From contig CAVUZH010000013.1 in NCBI GenBank assembly GCA_963745835.1, positions 736,001 to 800,000 of the forward strand: a stretch of 64,000 nt of DNA. Reading direction: 5' to 3'. A model generated the notes under the pieces. That model had not been told where the DNA came from and searched no databases. It saw nothing but the letters and a program-made list of their open reading frames with translations. Positions 55,188-64,000 of the stretch are shown one piece after another. Made by a program: the position numbers and the translations under genes. Within the stretch, counting starts at the first letter, position 1. Every line of letters begins with the position of its first letter. The stretch is from an uncultured delta proteobacterium (GTDB taxonomy: Bacteria > Desulfobacterota > Binatia > UBA9968).

Positions 55188-55814
55188 ATGCGCCCAGACA
55201 AATTTCTTACTGAAGCGGAGCAAGAACGCGTTCACCAGGCGGTGATCGCGGCGGAGTCCAAGACTTCCGGCGAAATTGTGCCGATGGTTGTCACGTCCAG
55301 CGCGCGTTACACTGAGATCGAACTGTTTGGCGTAGTCACCGGGCTTTTTCTTGGGATGCTTTTGGGCTGGCTCTGGCATGATCCCTGGGGATCCTATGGT
55401 CTCAATTTGTGGCCGGTAATCGGCGCCACTGTCGGCTTTTTGATCGCCCGCATTCCTGCAGTGAAGCGCCGCCTAGCTTCGCGAAGTCGCGTCGAGGAAG
55501 CTGTAAACGATCGTTGTATGGCTGCATTCACCGAGCACGGCCTCCATTACACACGCGACCATACCGGCATTTTAATCCTGGTGTCATTATTGGAGCATCG
55601 AGTCGAAGTTCTGGCGGACCGTGGTATCAACGAAAAAGTTCCGCCAGGCACTTGGGATGAAGTCGTCGAGATTGTCACCGCGGGTTTGAAGTCACGCCAC
55701 GCCGGCGATGCTTTTTGCAAAGCGGTGAAGCGGTGCGGCGATATCCTAGCAACTCACTTTCCGCGCCAGGCGGACGACCGCGACGAACTTCCCAATAAGC
55801 TCATTAATGATTGA
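55188..55814 (+). CDS. TPM-domain membrane protein
   Basis: AESKTSGEI, TRDHTGILI, ADRGI, DELPN. Confidence 0.88.
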   Translation: MRPDKFLTEAEQERVHQAVIAAESKTSGEIVPMVVTSSARYTEIELFGVVTGLFLGMLLGWLWHDPWGSYGLNLWPVIGATVGFLIARIPAVKRRLASRSRVEEAVNDRCMAAFTEHGLHYTRDHTGILILVSLLEHRVEVLADRGINEKVPPGTWDEVVEIVTAGLKSRHAGDAFCKAVKRCGDILATHFPRQADDRDELPNKLIND

Positions 55815-55819
55815 GGATT

Positions 55820-57877
55820 TTACTTGTATGCCAAGCGCACGTCCACCGCGGCTACGCCGCGACCCTGCGCCCGCACCATCAAAGGATTGATTTCTAGATC
55901 CGTTAGATGATTGCGATGCGCGGCAAAAATATCCGACAAGCCGACCATCGCTTTAACCAGCGCGTCAGCGTCCCGCGGGCCTTGCCCGCGAACACCCTGG
56001 AGCACTTTGAAGCCGCGAAGCTCTTGCAACATCCGGCGCGCTTCTCCTTCATCGACCGGCAGCAGGCGAATCGCCACATCTTTCAGCACTTCGACGAGAA
56101 TGCCGCCGAGCCCGACCATCAAAAACGGACCGTATTGCGGATCCGTGCGCGCTCCCAGCAGCACCTCCGTGCCCTGCACCATTTCCTGAATTAGCAGATG
56201 GCCTTTGCCTAGCGTTTTGGATAGAAGCTTCTGTCCCTCAGCAACCACTTCCTCGGCAGTCTTTAGACCCAATACCACGGCACCGGATTCAGTCTTATGG
56301 ACGATCTCCGCTGCGACCAACTTCAACGCCACCGGAAAGCCAATCTCTTTTGACTTCAATCCCGCTTCGGCTGCGGTCCCAACAAGAAACTGCTTCGGCA
56401 AGCCGATGCCGCGGCTCTGCAACAGCGCATTGAATTTGTCGCCCTTCAGGTCTTCCGGTTTGCCGTTAGCGTCCGGCAGAGTCGGGACACCTAGCCGTTT
56501 GCGTTCGCCGTATAAACCCAAGCCAGCGAGCGCTCGCAGTGTCGGCTTGATCGCCTGCAGAAATGGAATCCCAGCTTGCTCCTGAAAGATTCGGCTCTCG
56601 TCGCTACAGCTGTAGGTCGAGCGGGCAAAAGCGAGGATTGGCTTATCAGTCGCGGCGGCAAGATTTTTGAACAAGGTCGCTTCCCTTTTTTCAGGAAAGC
56701 GCGGCAACTCGCCGTGAATCGCAAGTAAATCGACACCGTCATCCTCGGCATGCAGCTTCACGATATTGATGAAGCCCTGCTCATCGCCAAACCCGGCAAC
56801 ACCGCATTCCAGCGGATTTTCGACGGTCAGCTCCGGCGGGATCAGCGGGCGCACAGCCTCTTTAGTCTTGTCACTCAATTGAGCTAGATTGGTGTTCAGT
56901 TCTTCGGCGTGATCGCAGATCAGGCCTTTCATCCCCCCCGAGTTGACCACGATCGCGGCGCAACTTCCGCGCGGATAACGGCCGGCCATGAAGGCTAAGG
57001 TCATCTCCGTTAGATCTTCCAGAGTCAGGCACCGTATCAGGCCAAGCCGGTTGCACACCGCGTCAAATACTTCATCGGCTCCAGCCAATGCTCCCGTGTG
57101 CGAAATCGCCTGCCGTTTGCCCATTTCCGAGCGCCCAAGCTTGACAACGAGAATCGGCTTGTTCTTGTTGAGAGCCTCACGCGCAACCGCCATGAATTCG
57201 TTGGGGCGGCGGATGCCCTCGGCCATCAGCAGGATAACTTTGGTCCCCGGATCGTCCACCATAAACGAAAGATAATCCACAAGGTCGAGGCTGATTTCAT
57301 TGCCGCTGGAAACCGCGTAGCTAAAACCAATGCCGCGCTCGGTCGCGCCCTTAATCCAATTACCCAGTGAGCCGCCGCTCTGAAAAATCAGACCCACAGG
57401 ACCTTTCTTTAGCAATGGCGTCGAGGTAGGAAACGTCCAGAGGCCTTCGGATAAAGAGTACGAGCCCATGCAATTTGGCCCGCAAATGACAAAACCGGTG
57501 CGCTCACACAATTCCTTCATCGCATGGGCGCGTTCCTTGCCCATGGGATCGTCGCCTTCGCCAAATCCTGCAGTATAGATCGTCGCTGATTTGGTGCCGA
57601 GTTTGGCCGCCTCTTCTAAAGTGCCCAACACGGCTCGGGTCGGAATCAAAATCAGCAGTTCCTCGGGAACGTCGGGCAGCGCCGCGAGGTTCGGATAACA
57701 AGGATGGTTTTCGATCTCCTGATAATTCGGATTGATCAAAGAGATTTTCCCCTTGTAAGCTTTCTTTAGATTGCGCAAAATTCCCATCGGCCAACGCCCT
57801 TTTGGTGATGCGCCGACAATGGCTACTGATTTGGCAGAGAGAACATTCTCGACCGGTCTGCGCTGGAATGAAGTCAT
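55820..57877 (-). CDS. Acetate/acyl--CoA ligase (ADP-forming) family protein
   Basis: AIVGAS, GPNCMG, QSG, SHTGALAG, HKTESG ATP-grasp, EINPL. Confidence 0.9.
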   Translation of the reverse strand: MTSFQRRPVENVLSAKSVAIVGASPKGRWPMGILRNLKKAYKGKISLINPNYQEIENHPCYPNLAALPDVPEELLILIPTRAVLGTLEEAAKLGTKSATIYTAGFGEGDDPMGKERAHAMKELCERTGFVICGPNCMGSYSLSEGLWTFPTSTPLLKKGPVGLIFQSGGSLGNWIKGATERGIGFSYAVSSGNEISLDLVDYLSFMVDDPGTKVILLMAEGIRRPNEFMAVAREALNKNKPILVVKLGRSEMGKRQAISHTGALAGADEVFDAVCNRLGLIRCLTLEDLTEMTLAFMAGRYPRGSCAAIVVNSGGMKGLICDHAEELNTNLAQLSDKTKEAVRPLIPPELTVENPLECGVAGFGDEQGFINIVKLHAEDDGVDLLAIHGELPRFPEKREATLFKNLAAATDKPILAFARSTYSCSDESRIFQEQAGIPFLQAIKPTLRALAGLGLYGERKRLGVPTLPDANGKPEDLKGDKFNALLQSRGIGLPKQFLVGTAAEAGLKSKEIGFPVALKLVAAEIVHKTESGAVVLGLKTAEEVVAEGQKLLSKTLGKGHLLIQEMVQGTEVLLGARTDPQYGPFLMVGLGGILVEVLKDVAIRLLPVDEGEARRMLQELRGFKVLQGVRGQGPRDADALVKAMVGLSDIFAAHRNHLTDLEINPLMVRAQGRGVAAVDVRLAYK

Positions 57878-58004
57878 ACAAATTCCTTGCTAGGTTAAAT
57901 TAGATTTTCCTATCTCATGTTCTAAACGTTGCTGCAACACAGGTGAAATGATGGCGCTGTGTCAACCGCGCATCAGCGGAAGGAAAGCACTGCGATCTGG
58001 ACGC

Positions 58005-58559
58005 CTAGTTGGTAAAAGCCTGGTTTTTCAAAAACGCGTCGGCATCATTCGCGCTAAAAAAAACTAGTCGAACTTCATCGATCGAAGCATTAGATCCGAG
58101 AAATTTTTCAATCGTCTCGGATGACACTTTGGCTGCTTCACTGAGCGGATAACCATAGATACCGGTGGACACCGCGGGGAAGGCGATTGTCTTGAGTCCG
58201 TGCTCTACGGCTAGGCGGAGACAATTTCGGTAACATGACGCCAGCAATTCTGCCTTGTCACCGCCTCCTCTTCCGTAAACCGGACCTACCGTATGAATGA
58301 CATGCTTAGCAGGCATTCTGCCGGCCGTGGTAATGACAGCCTCTCCGGTGGGCAGCCCTTCGGGAAATTCTTTCTTTCGGATTTCTTTACATTGTTTCAA
58401 GATCTCTGGACCGCCCGCTCGGTGAATTGCGCCATCGACGCCGCCGCCACCCATCAAAGTGCCATTGGCGGCATTGACGATCGCGTTTACCTGTTCTTTG
58501 GTGATGTCGCCGACCTTCACCGCAACTCGAGCGTTGAGAAAAGTTTGCAAAATCTCCAT
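58005..58559 (-). CDS. Macro-domain O-acetyl-ADP-ribose deacetylase (YmdB-like)
   Basis: GDIT, IVNAAN, GGGVDGAIH, HTVGP, STGIYG. Confidence 0.93.
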   Translation of the reverse strand: MEILQTFLNARVAVKVGDITKEQVNAIVNAANGTLMGGGGVDGAIHRAGGPEILKQCKEIRKKEFPEGLPTGEAVITTAGRMPAKHVIHTVGPVYGRGGGDKAELLASCYRNCLRLAVEHGLKTIAFPAVSTGIYGYPLSEAAKVSSETIEKFLGSNASIDEVRLVFFSANDADAFLKNQAFTN

Positions 58560-58670
58560 CAATTTTGATCCGGCCATCGCCGAGCAGCTAAACGAAACCT
58601 TTTCCGGTGCGAGAATCGCGACAAAAGCGCTTTACGCAGCCGGCGAGTTGTCCATCAGCCGAGCAAATAA

Positions 58671-60359
58671 TCAATCCCGTGGCGGCGGGGTGTTGCGCAA
58701 TACTTGTCCGGGATAGGCGCCTGTGGCCGCGCCGTTCTCGATCACCACTTCTCCATTGACCACCGTGTGATGCACTCCGGTTGCGCGTTGGATCATTCGC
58801 CGCTCGTTGCCTGGTAGATCTTGGACGTACTCAGGGGCGACTGTGTTGACGGTCTTGGGATCGAACACCGCGATGTCGGCTGCGAGTCCCGCTCTCAAAA
58901 GACCCCGGTCGCGCAGGCCGAATATCGACGCGACATGAAAGGTCAGCTTCGAGACCGCTTCCTCCAAGCTCATAATCCCGTTGTCGCGCACCCAGCGACC
59001 CAAAAAGGTCGTGCAGTAGCCGAACCTGGCGTCATAGCCCATGTGCGCGCCGGCGTCGGATTGGCCGACGATGACAAACGGATTTTTGAGGATCTCACAG
59101 ACCGCTTTGGGATCTCCTTGCGTGGTCACGTGCGAGAAACGGGTTTCGAGATTCTCTTCCAAGGCGATGTCGAGGAACACATCCATGGGATCTTTTCCCT
59201 TGCTCCGCGCAATCTCCTCGAGAGTTCGGCCCTGTAGAGTTTTATTCTTCGGCAGTTTCGCTTCATCGACATAGATGACGTCCCAACGCTTGGGGAAAAC
59301 CGATGGCTCCGGCGAGTTTACCTCGGCGCGCATTTTTTGCCGCGCTTCGGGGTCGGCAAAAATCTTCTGCCTCTCCTCCGCCGGCATAAACATCGCGGCG
59401 CGCCAAGTAGGAAACTCATCGAAGCATTGCGCATCGAGCAGGGTATAGCGGTTCTCGAACGGTTTGGCCTGAGTCATGGCAAAGATCGGCAATCCCTCGT
59501 CACGGAAAACTTTGGCAGTGGATTCAAGCATGCCTTTCCAGTGATCGGGCCGCGTCCAACTATGGCTAATGCTCTGCCACAACACCGGCCGGCCGGTAGC
59601 GCGCGCCAGGTCGGATGCATAGGCAATTCGTCCACGAGCGTCCACACCGCCCCCGCTCAACTGAATCACGCCGGTATTCATATCTCCAAGAACTTCGAGC
59701 AAGGCCAAGAGCTCTTGATTGGAGGCTACCCGGCTAGCTACAGGCTTGCCGTCTTCGCGCATGTGGCGGGGGTTCTGATTGGTTGAAAAGCCGACGGCGC
59801 CCGCAGCCATGCCCTTGCGCACCAACTGCTGCATCTGGGCGATTTCTTCCGGTCTCGCTTCACGCTCAACCGCGTCTTCTCCCATCACGTAGTGACGCAC
59901 GGCGATGTGGCCGATCAGCGCCGCGACATTGATACCCAGACGGGTGCCAAGCACATCCAGGTATTCGTCGGTGGATACCCACTTCCAGTCGATTCCCTCT
60001 TCGAGAACTCTGCGGCTAATAGCTTCGACGCGAACGAAACTTTTGATCACCGCCTCGCGGCCCTCCGGCTTGCATGGCGCCAGGCTCAGACCGCAATTTC
60101 CCACCACCGACGAAGTCACGCCATGAAAACACGACGAAGTACCTAAAGGATCCCAGAGCAACTGCGCGTCGAGATGCGTGTGCGGATCGATGAATCCAGG
60201 CGTCACCGCCAGGCCTTCGACATTCAAGGTACGTTTGGCCGTACCATTGAGACGGCCGATTGCGGCGATCTTTCCTCCCGCCACCGCGACATCGGCAGTG
60301 AAGCTGGGCATGCCGGAACCGTCATAAACTCTTCCACCCTTGAGCAAAAGATCGAACAT
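58671..60359 (-). CDS. N-acyl-D-amino acid deacylase-family amidohydrolase
   Basis: PGFIDPHTH.D, GNCG, SDAGAH, ADIAVFDP. Confidence 0.9.
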   Translation of the reverse strand: MFDLLLKGGRVYDGSGMPSFTADVAVAGGKIAAIGRLNGTAKRTLNVEGLAVTPGFIDPHTHLDAQLLWDPLGTSSCFHGVTSSVVGNCGLSLAPCKPEGREAVIKSFVRVEAISRRVLEEGIDWKWVSTDEYLDVLGTRLGINVAALIGHIAVRHYVMGEDAVEREARPEEIAQMQQLVRKGMAAGAVGFSTNQNPRHMREDGKPVASRVASNQELLALLEVLGDMNTGVIQLSGGGVDARGRIAYASDLARATGRPVLWQSISHSWTRPDHWKGMLESTAKVFRDEGLPIFAMTQAKPFENRYTLLDAQCFDEFPTWRAAMFMPAEERQKIFADPEARQKMRAEVNSPEPSVFPKRWDVIYVDEAKLPKNKTLQGRTLEEIARSKGKDPMDVFLDIALEENLETRFSHVTTQGDPKAVCEILKNPFVIVGQSDAGAHMGYDARFGYCTTFLGRWVRDNGIMSLEEAVSKLTFHVASIFGLRDRGLLRAGLAADIAVFDPKTVNTVAPEYVQDLPGNERRMIQRATGVHHTVVNGEVVIENGAATGAYPGQVLRNTPPPRD

Positions 60360-60504
60360 CGTGTCTCCTTCAATACCACCAGCCGTCAGAGACGTTAATC
60401 AGTTCCGGCGTCGTTGGTGATTGATCATCCGGAATAATCGAAAAGCCATTGAGGTAAAGCAAAAAGTTTGTGCCTCCAAGCCGCCCTGGAGCGAAAATTA
60501 TCTG

Positions 60505-61245
60505 CTATGCCTCAGGCAAAAGCCTGCTCTCTTTCAATAGCGGCACGAGCTGGTCCTGACTGTGAATCAGCATGTTCGGTTTGGCAGCCATCAAGGTCTC
60601 TTCATCGTTGTAGGAGTATCCATTGGAGAGCGCAATCGTGACGACTTCGAGATGATTGCCCGCGACTTTACACCCACCCACATTGTTCCCCGCGCGAATA
60701 TAGGATGCAGTTCCAGTGAGTAAGACAAGTCTTAAGCTCGGCAGCTTGTGCTCTCTGAACAGATAGTACAGCCCCTGTTCTTTCGCATAGTAGGTCTCGT
60801 CGCGATCAACGATTTCAGCGAAGTATTTGCCAATGCCGAAAGTCTCCATCGCGTGATGTTGATATCTTCGTCCACCCGTGGTCAATAGCACATTGCGCAG
60901 CCCGGCGCCCTGAGTACTTTTCAGCGATTCCTCAATTCCGGGAACGAAATTCGGAGGTTTGGTGTCGAAGCTGTGTTTCCGGGCGATCTCCAGCGCCTGG
61001 GTGCGTATCTCCAGGCGTTTTTTTTCATTGAAGATTATGTTGGCGTCCGCTTTGTACTCATCGGCGAAAACCAAAGGGATCAAAAATAAATCGAAAGGGC
61101 CGTCGGCAATCTTACGCAGCCTTTCAAACGGCAGCGGGTGAAGTCCATACCTGGGCAGAATCTCCGTGGTGATTGTGAGAACCCGTTGAATGTCGGTCTC
61201 CACCGTATCGGACATTGTCCTAACCAAAAATGTCACGGTTCCCAT
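60505..61245 (-). CDS. HAD-fold-like protein with degenerate catalytic motifs
   Basis: GGAGG RBS; VPGIEESL, LTTG, YFAEIV, KPNMLI layout of a PGP-like HAD protein. Confidence 0.6.
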   Translation of the reverse strand: MGTVTFLVRTMSDTVETDIQRVLTITTEILPRYGLHPLPFERLRKIADGPFDLFLIPLVFADEYKADANIIFNEKKRLEIRTQALEIARKHSFDTKPPNFVPGIEESLKSTQGAGLRNVLLTTGGRRYQHHAMETFGIGKYFAEIVDRDETYYAKEQGLYYLFREHKLPSLRLVLLTGTASYIRAGNNVGGCKVAGNHLEVVTIALSNGYSYNDEETLMAAKPNMLIHSQDQLVPLLKESRLLPEA

Positions 61246-61402
61246 GGGATGCCTCCAGACAAGCGATACTATTCGAAGCCAAATGAGCTGGCAAGCGACT
61301 CTGGCGTTTCCTATGCGGTCGGGACCGCGGACAAATTTCAGCTTCACAGGCAGGGCAACGTAGGAGAAAACGCACAGCGCATTGAAGAATGACGATAATA
61401 TT

Positions 61403-61684
61403 CTACCGGGGAGTTTCTTCGAACGGCAGCCGGTGTTGGCGTTCGGAATTGCATTTTTTGCAACTAGGCACAAGATTGCCTTTGGTGGATTTACCACCTC
61501 GAATGATCGGCACAAGATGATCCATGGTCAAAATTGCCGCCGGGAATTTGCCGCCGCAATGGTGGCAGAGGCCAAGGGCTCGCTTGCGCTTCCACCACTG
61601 GCTGGCACGCAGCTCTCGAGCCTTTCGGCGCTCGCGGCGGATTTCTTCTTCACTGACCGTGACTAGAAACGAAGTCGGTTCCAT
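61403..61684 (-). CDS. HNH endonuclease-family protein
   Basis: CHHC, MDHLVP..RGG, NLVPSCKKCN. Confidence 0.88.
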   Translation of the reverse strand: MEPTSFLVTVSEEEIRRERRKARELRASQWWKRKRALGLCHHCGGKFPAAILTMDHLVPIIRGGKSTKGNLVPSCKKCNSERQHRLPFEETPR

Positions 61685-61699
61685 GCGGATAATAAAAAA

Positions 61700-61891
61700 C
61701 TATCTGTACCATCGTTTGATATTCATGAAATAGATGGCAAAAGCGATTGCGGCCAGAAAATAGCCGGCCGCCTGAAACAGTGCCCAGCCGTCGCCGGATT
61801 GTAGATATCGCGACAACTGCCAAAATGAAAAGCCGAAGAAGAAGATGATCGAGGTGGCGATCAGTATCCGATGGGCGGTAATCAATCTCAT
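61700..61891 (-). CDS. Small two-TM membrane protein
   Basis: MRLITAHRILI..., two hydrophobic helices. Confidence 0.6.
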   Translation of the reverse strand: MRLITAHRILIATSIIFFFGFSFWQLSRYLQSGDGWALFQAAGYFLAAIAFAIYFMNIKRWYR

Positions 61892-62007
61892 GGGATTAGT
61901 GAAACACCAAGCTCTCAGCAACTGCAAGGAAGCGAATTGAACATTGCTTGCCTCGATCAAGATTACATCGCGTGCACTCGGCACGCTATTGTTATAAGGA
62001 GACAATC

Positions 62008-62388
62008 ATGAGTCGAGAAATAGTCCAAACCAGTGAAGCTCCAAAAGCAATCGGCCCTTATGCGCAGGCGATTAAAGCACACGGTTTTGTCTACACCGCC
62101 GGGCAAATCGCTATTCTCCCTGACAGCGGCGAGATGATCGAGGGCGGCACCGCCGCCCAGACGCGCCAAGTCTTTGCCAACCTCGCAGCGGTTTTGAAAG
62201 CAGCGGGAACATCGATGGATCAAGTGGTCAAGGCAACGGTATTCTTGCGCCACATGACCGACTTTGCCGCGATGAATGAAGTTTATGCAGAGCATCTCGG
62301 TAAGGCTACGCCAGCCAGGTCAACGGTGGCGGTGACGGAACTACCTCGGGGAGCGCTGGTCGAGATCGATCTGATTGCAGAGGTGTAG
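62008..62388 (+). CDS. RidA-family enamine/imine deaminase
   Basis: APKAIGPYAQA, AGQI, MNEVY, PARS, LVEID. Confidence 0.93.
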   Translation: MSREIVQTSEAPKAIGPYAQAIKAHGFVYTAGQIAILPDSGEMIEGGTAAQTRQVFANLAAVLKAAGTSMDQVVKATVFLRHMTDFAAMNEVYAEHLGKATPARSTVAVTELPRGALVEIDLIAEV

Positions 62389-62403
62389 GGCGAGAACGAT
62401 CTG

Positions 62404-62994
62404 CTAAGTGCGGGAAACCATCCGCAGGAGTTTCTGCAGCACGGTCTCCACAATGTTAGTCAAAGAATCGGTGCCGGTTTTAATGGTTTCTTCGCCCGGC
62501 GGGTATGCGAACATCCCCTTGGTGCCGGTGACCACCCAGGATTTTTCATCACCGTCGGTTTTGGTCAGCTTCTTGCCGGTTGTTGTCCTGGCACCCATAT
62601 TTTTGCCGCGAACTTTTTCCTGGTGGTTCTTGTAGCGCGTAAACTGCCCGCGATTAAGCCAGATCGCGTCGCACTTGAAACAGCGTTGAAACTGAACATC
62701 GGCTCCTAGTGAAGGTTCCTTGACCGCCGACATTCGGGCGGTACAGCGTGAGCAAAAAAGTTCTTTTTTCATTAAAGGCAGCGGCACCTGGAGGAGTTCC
62801 TGGTCGGCGGGCTCCAGACGCGCCGCTTCATCGTCTTGTATCGGAAAGAGTTCCCATTTATCGCACCAGATACCGCCGCATTGGCCGCATTGATCCAGTT
62901 CGATAAGCGAGCCCGGATTGGCGCGCGCAGTGACCGGCTTCATCGGCACATCGCATTGCGGGCAACGCACCACTTCAGCGCGCTCCTTGCGCAT
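62404..62994 (-). CDS. zf-TFIIB-like double zinc-ribbon protein
   Basis: CPQC..M, CGQCGGIW.D..EL, repeated twice. Confidence 0.8.
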   Translation of the reverse strand: MRKERAEVVRCPQCDVPMKPVTARANPGSLIELDQCGQCGGIWCDKWELFPIQDDEAARLEPADQELLQVPLPLMKKELFCSRCTARMSAVKEPSLGADVQFQRCFKCDAIWLNRGQFTRYKNHQEKVRGKNMGARTTTGKKLTKTDGDEKSWVVTGTKGMFAYPPGEETIKTGTDSLTNIVETVLQKLLRMVSRT

Positions 62995-64000
62995 CGATGG
63001 CTTCAACTCCGAACTGCGCTGCAGATCGCGGCAAGGCTCCCATTTGATACAGCAGCATAATCCGCCGATTGATCGGCGGATGGCTGCTCAATAGATCAGC
63101 GAGCTTCCCGTCGCTACCATCGATACGCCGGCGCAACGGGTTGATGAAAAAAAGATGGGCGGTGCCGCGCGTCGCTTTCTGAAACGGTATCCCGGCATCG
63201 CGGATCTTTTCCAAAGCCATTGCCAGACCCCGTGGATTGCGGGTGAATTCGACGGCGCTGGCATCGGCCAAATACTCGCGCTGCCGCGACACCGCCATTG
63301 CCAAGAGCCGCGAGATCAAAGGAGAGATGACGATCAGCAGCAACGCCGGAATCGCCAGGAACGCCTGGGCGCTTGGGCGCCGCAGAGATCGCGCGCCAAA
63401 GATTGAGCGCTGTGCCCAGTCGGAGAGCAGAACCACACCACCGAAAAGGACGCTGATCAGCAGCATGACCAATGTGTCATTGTTTTTGATATGCGCCATT
63501 TCATGGGCCACCACGCCTTGAGTTTCCTCGCGACCGAGCAAGATCAACAGCCCAGCGGTGACGCAAATCGCCGCCGATTCCTGATCTCGCCCGGTGGCAA
63601 ATGCGTTGGGCGCAGGATCGTACGTGACATAGACTTTCGGCATCCGGCAGCCCGATGCCAGCGCCATCTCTGTAACCACATTGTGCAGTTCGCGATGCTC
63701 GGGTATTTGGATGTCTAACGGTTCGGCGCCGACCGACGACAGAATCAATTTGCTGCCCTCGCGGTAACCTGTGTATGCAAGTGTCGCCGAAAGACCCAGC
63801 GCGATCACTGTAGCAATGGGAAACGAAGGCCCGCGCGCAGTAAATGCGTCCAGGTAGAGGTAATCGATAGACAGCCCTATGAGAAAAAAGAATAACAAAA
63901 AGCAAAACACGATGAACGCGCTGATCCGGCGATTGCGGGCTTGACGTTCAGCAAAATCTCGCGGCTTGAGGATATCCAGTTTGCCGGCCTAAAAGAGGAG
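62975..64000 (-). CDS. M48-family metalloprotease (HtpX-like), 5' end at or beyond the window edge
   Basis: PNAFATG, AHEMAH, SRQREYLADA, SHPP. Confidence 0.9.

Overview
Bacterial chromosomal window. The gene content suggests a deltaproteobacterium or Candidatus Binatia-like organism (inference, not verified). It has three parts. (1) 1-18.4 kb: tRNA-Val, pyrE, an M20 amidohydrolase with pyrR, then an unusual co-oriented signalling cluster. That cluster comprises a small HTH_17 protein, an orphan FabF-like ketosynthase, a multi-TM/GAF histidine kinase, a REC/AAA+/HisKA pseudo-enzyme fusion, a sigma54 activator, a REC-kinase and a Cys/His protein, all divergent from a FadL fatty-acid channel. 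glnS, gltX, tRNA-Gln and tRNA-Glu follow. (2) 18.4-38.1 kb: a ~19.7 kb decaying island inserted in tRNA-Glu and bounded by a 26-bp direct repeat. It holds a broken tyrosine integrase, a satellite-like core, two complete IS elements with target duplications (IS1202-like, 16 bp; IS4-like, 9 bp), an HhH-metalloprotease/HEAT gene pair and many pseudogenes. A relic of a second, related integrase lies just beyond attR. (3) 38.3-64 kb: core genes (metH, SahR-like regulator, comF, gpmI, rsfS, nadD, proAB, obgE, rpmA, rplU, lemA/TPM operon, acyl-CoA ligase, macro domain, deacylase, RidA, HtpX) and two MITE-like elements. The best candidate for an undescribed system is the ketosynthase + sensor kinase + FadL cluster, a possible lipid-signal (quorum-sensing-like) module. 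All calls come from reading motifs by eye; no database searches were run.
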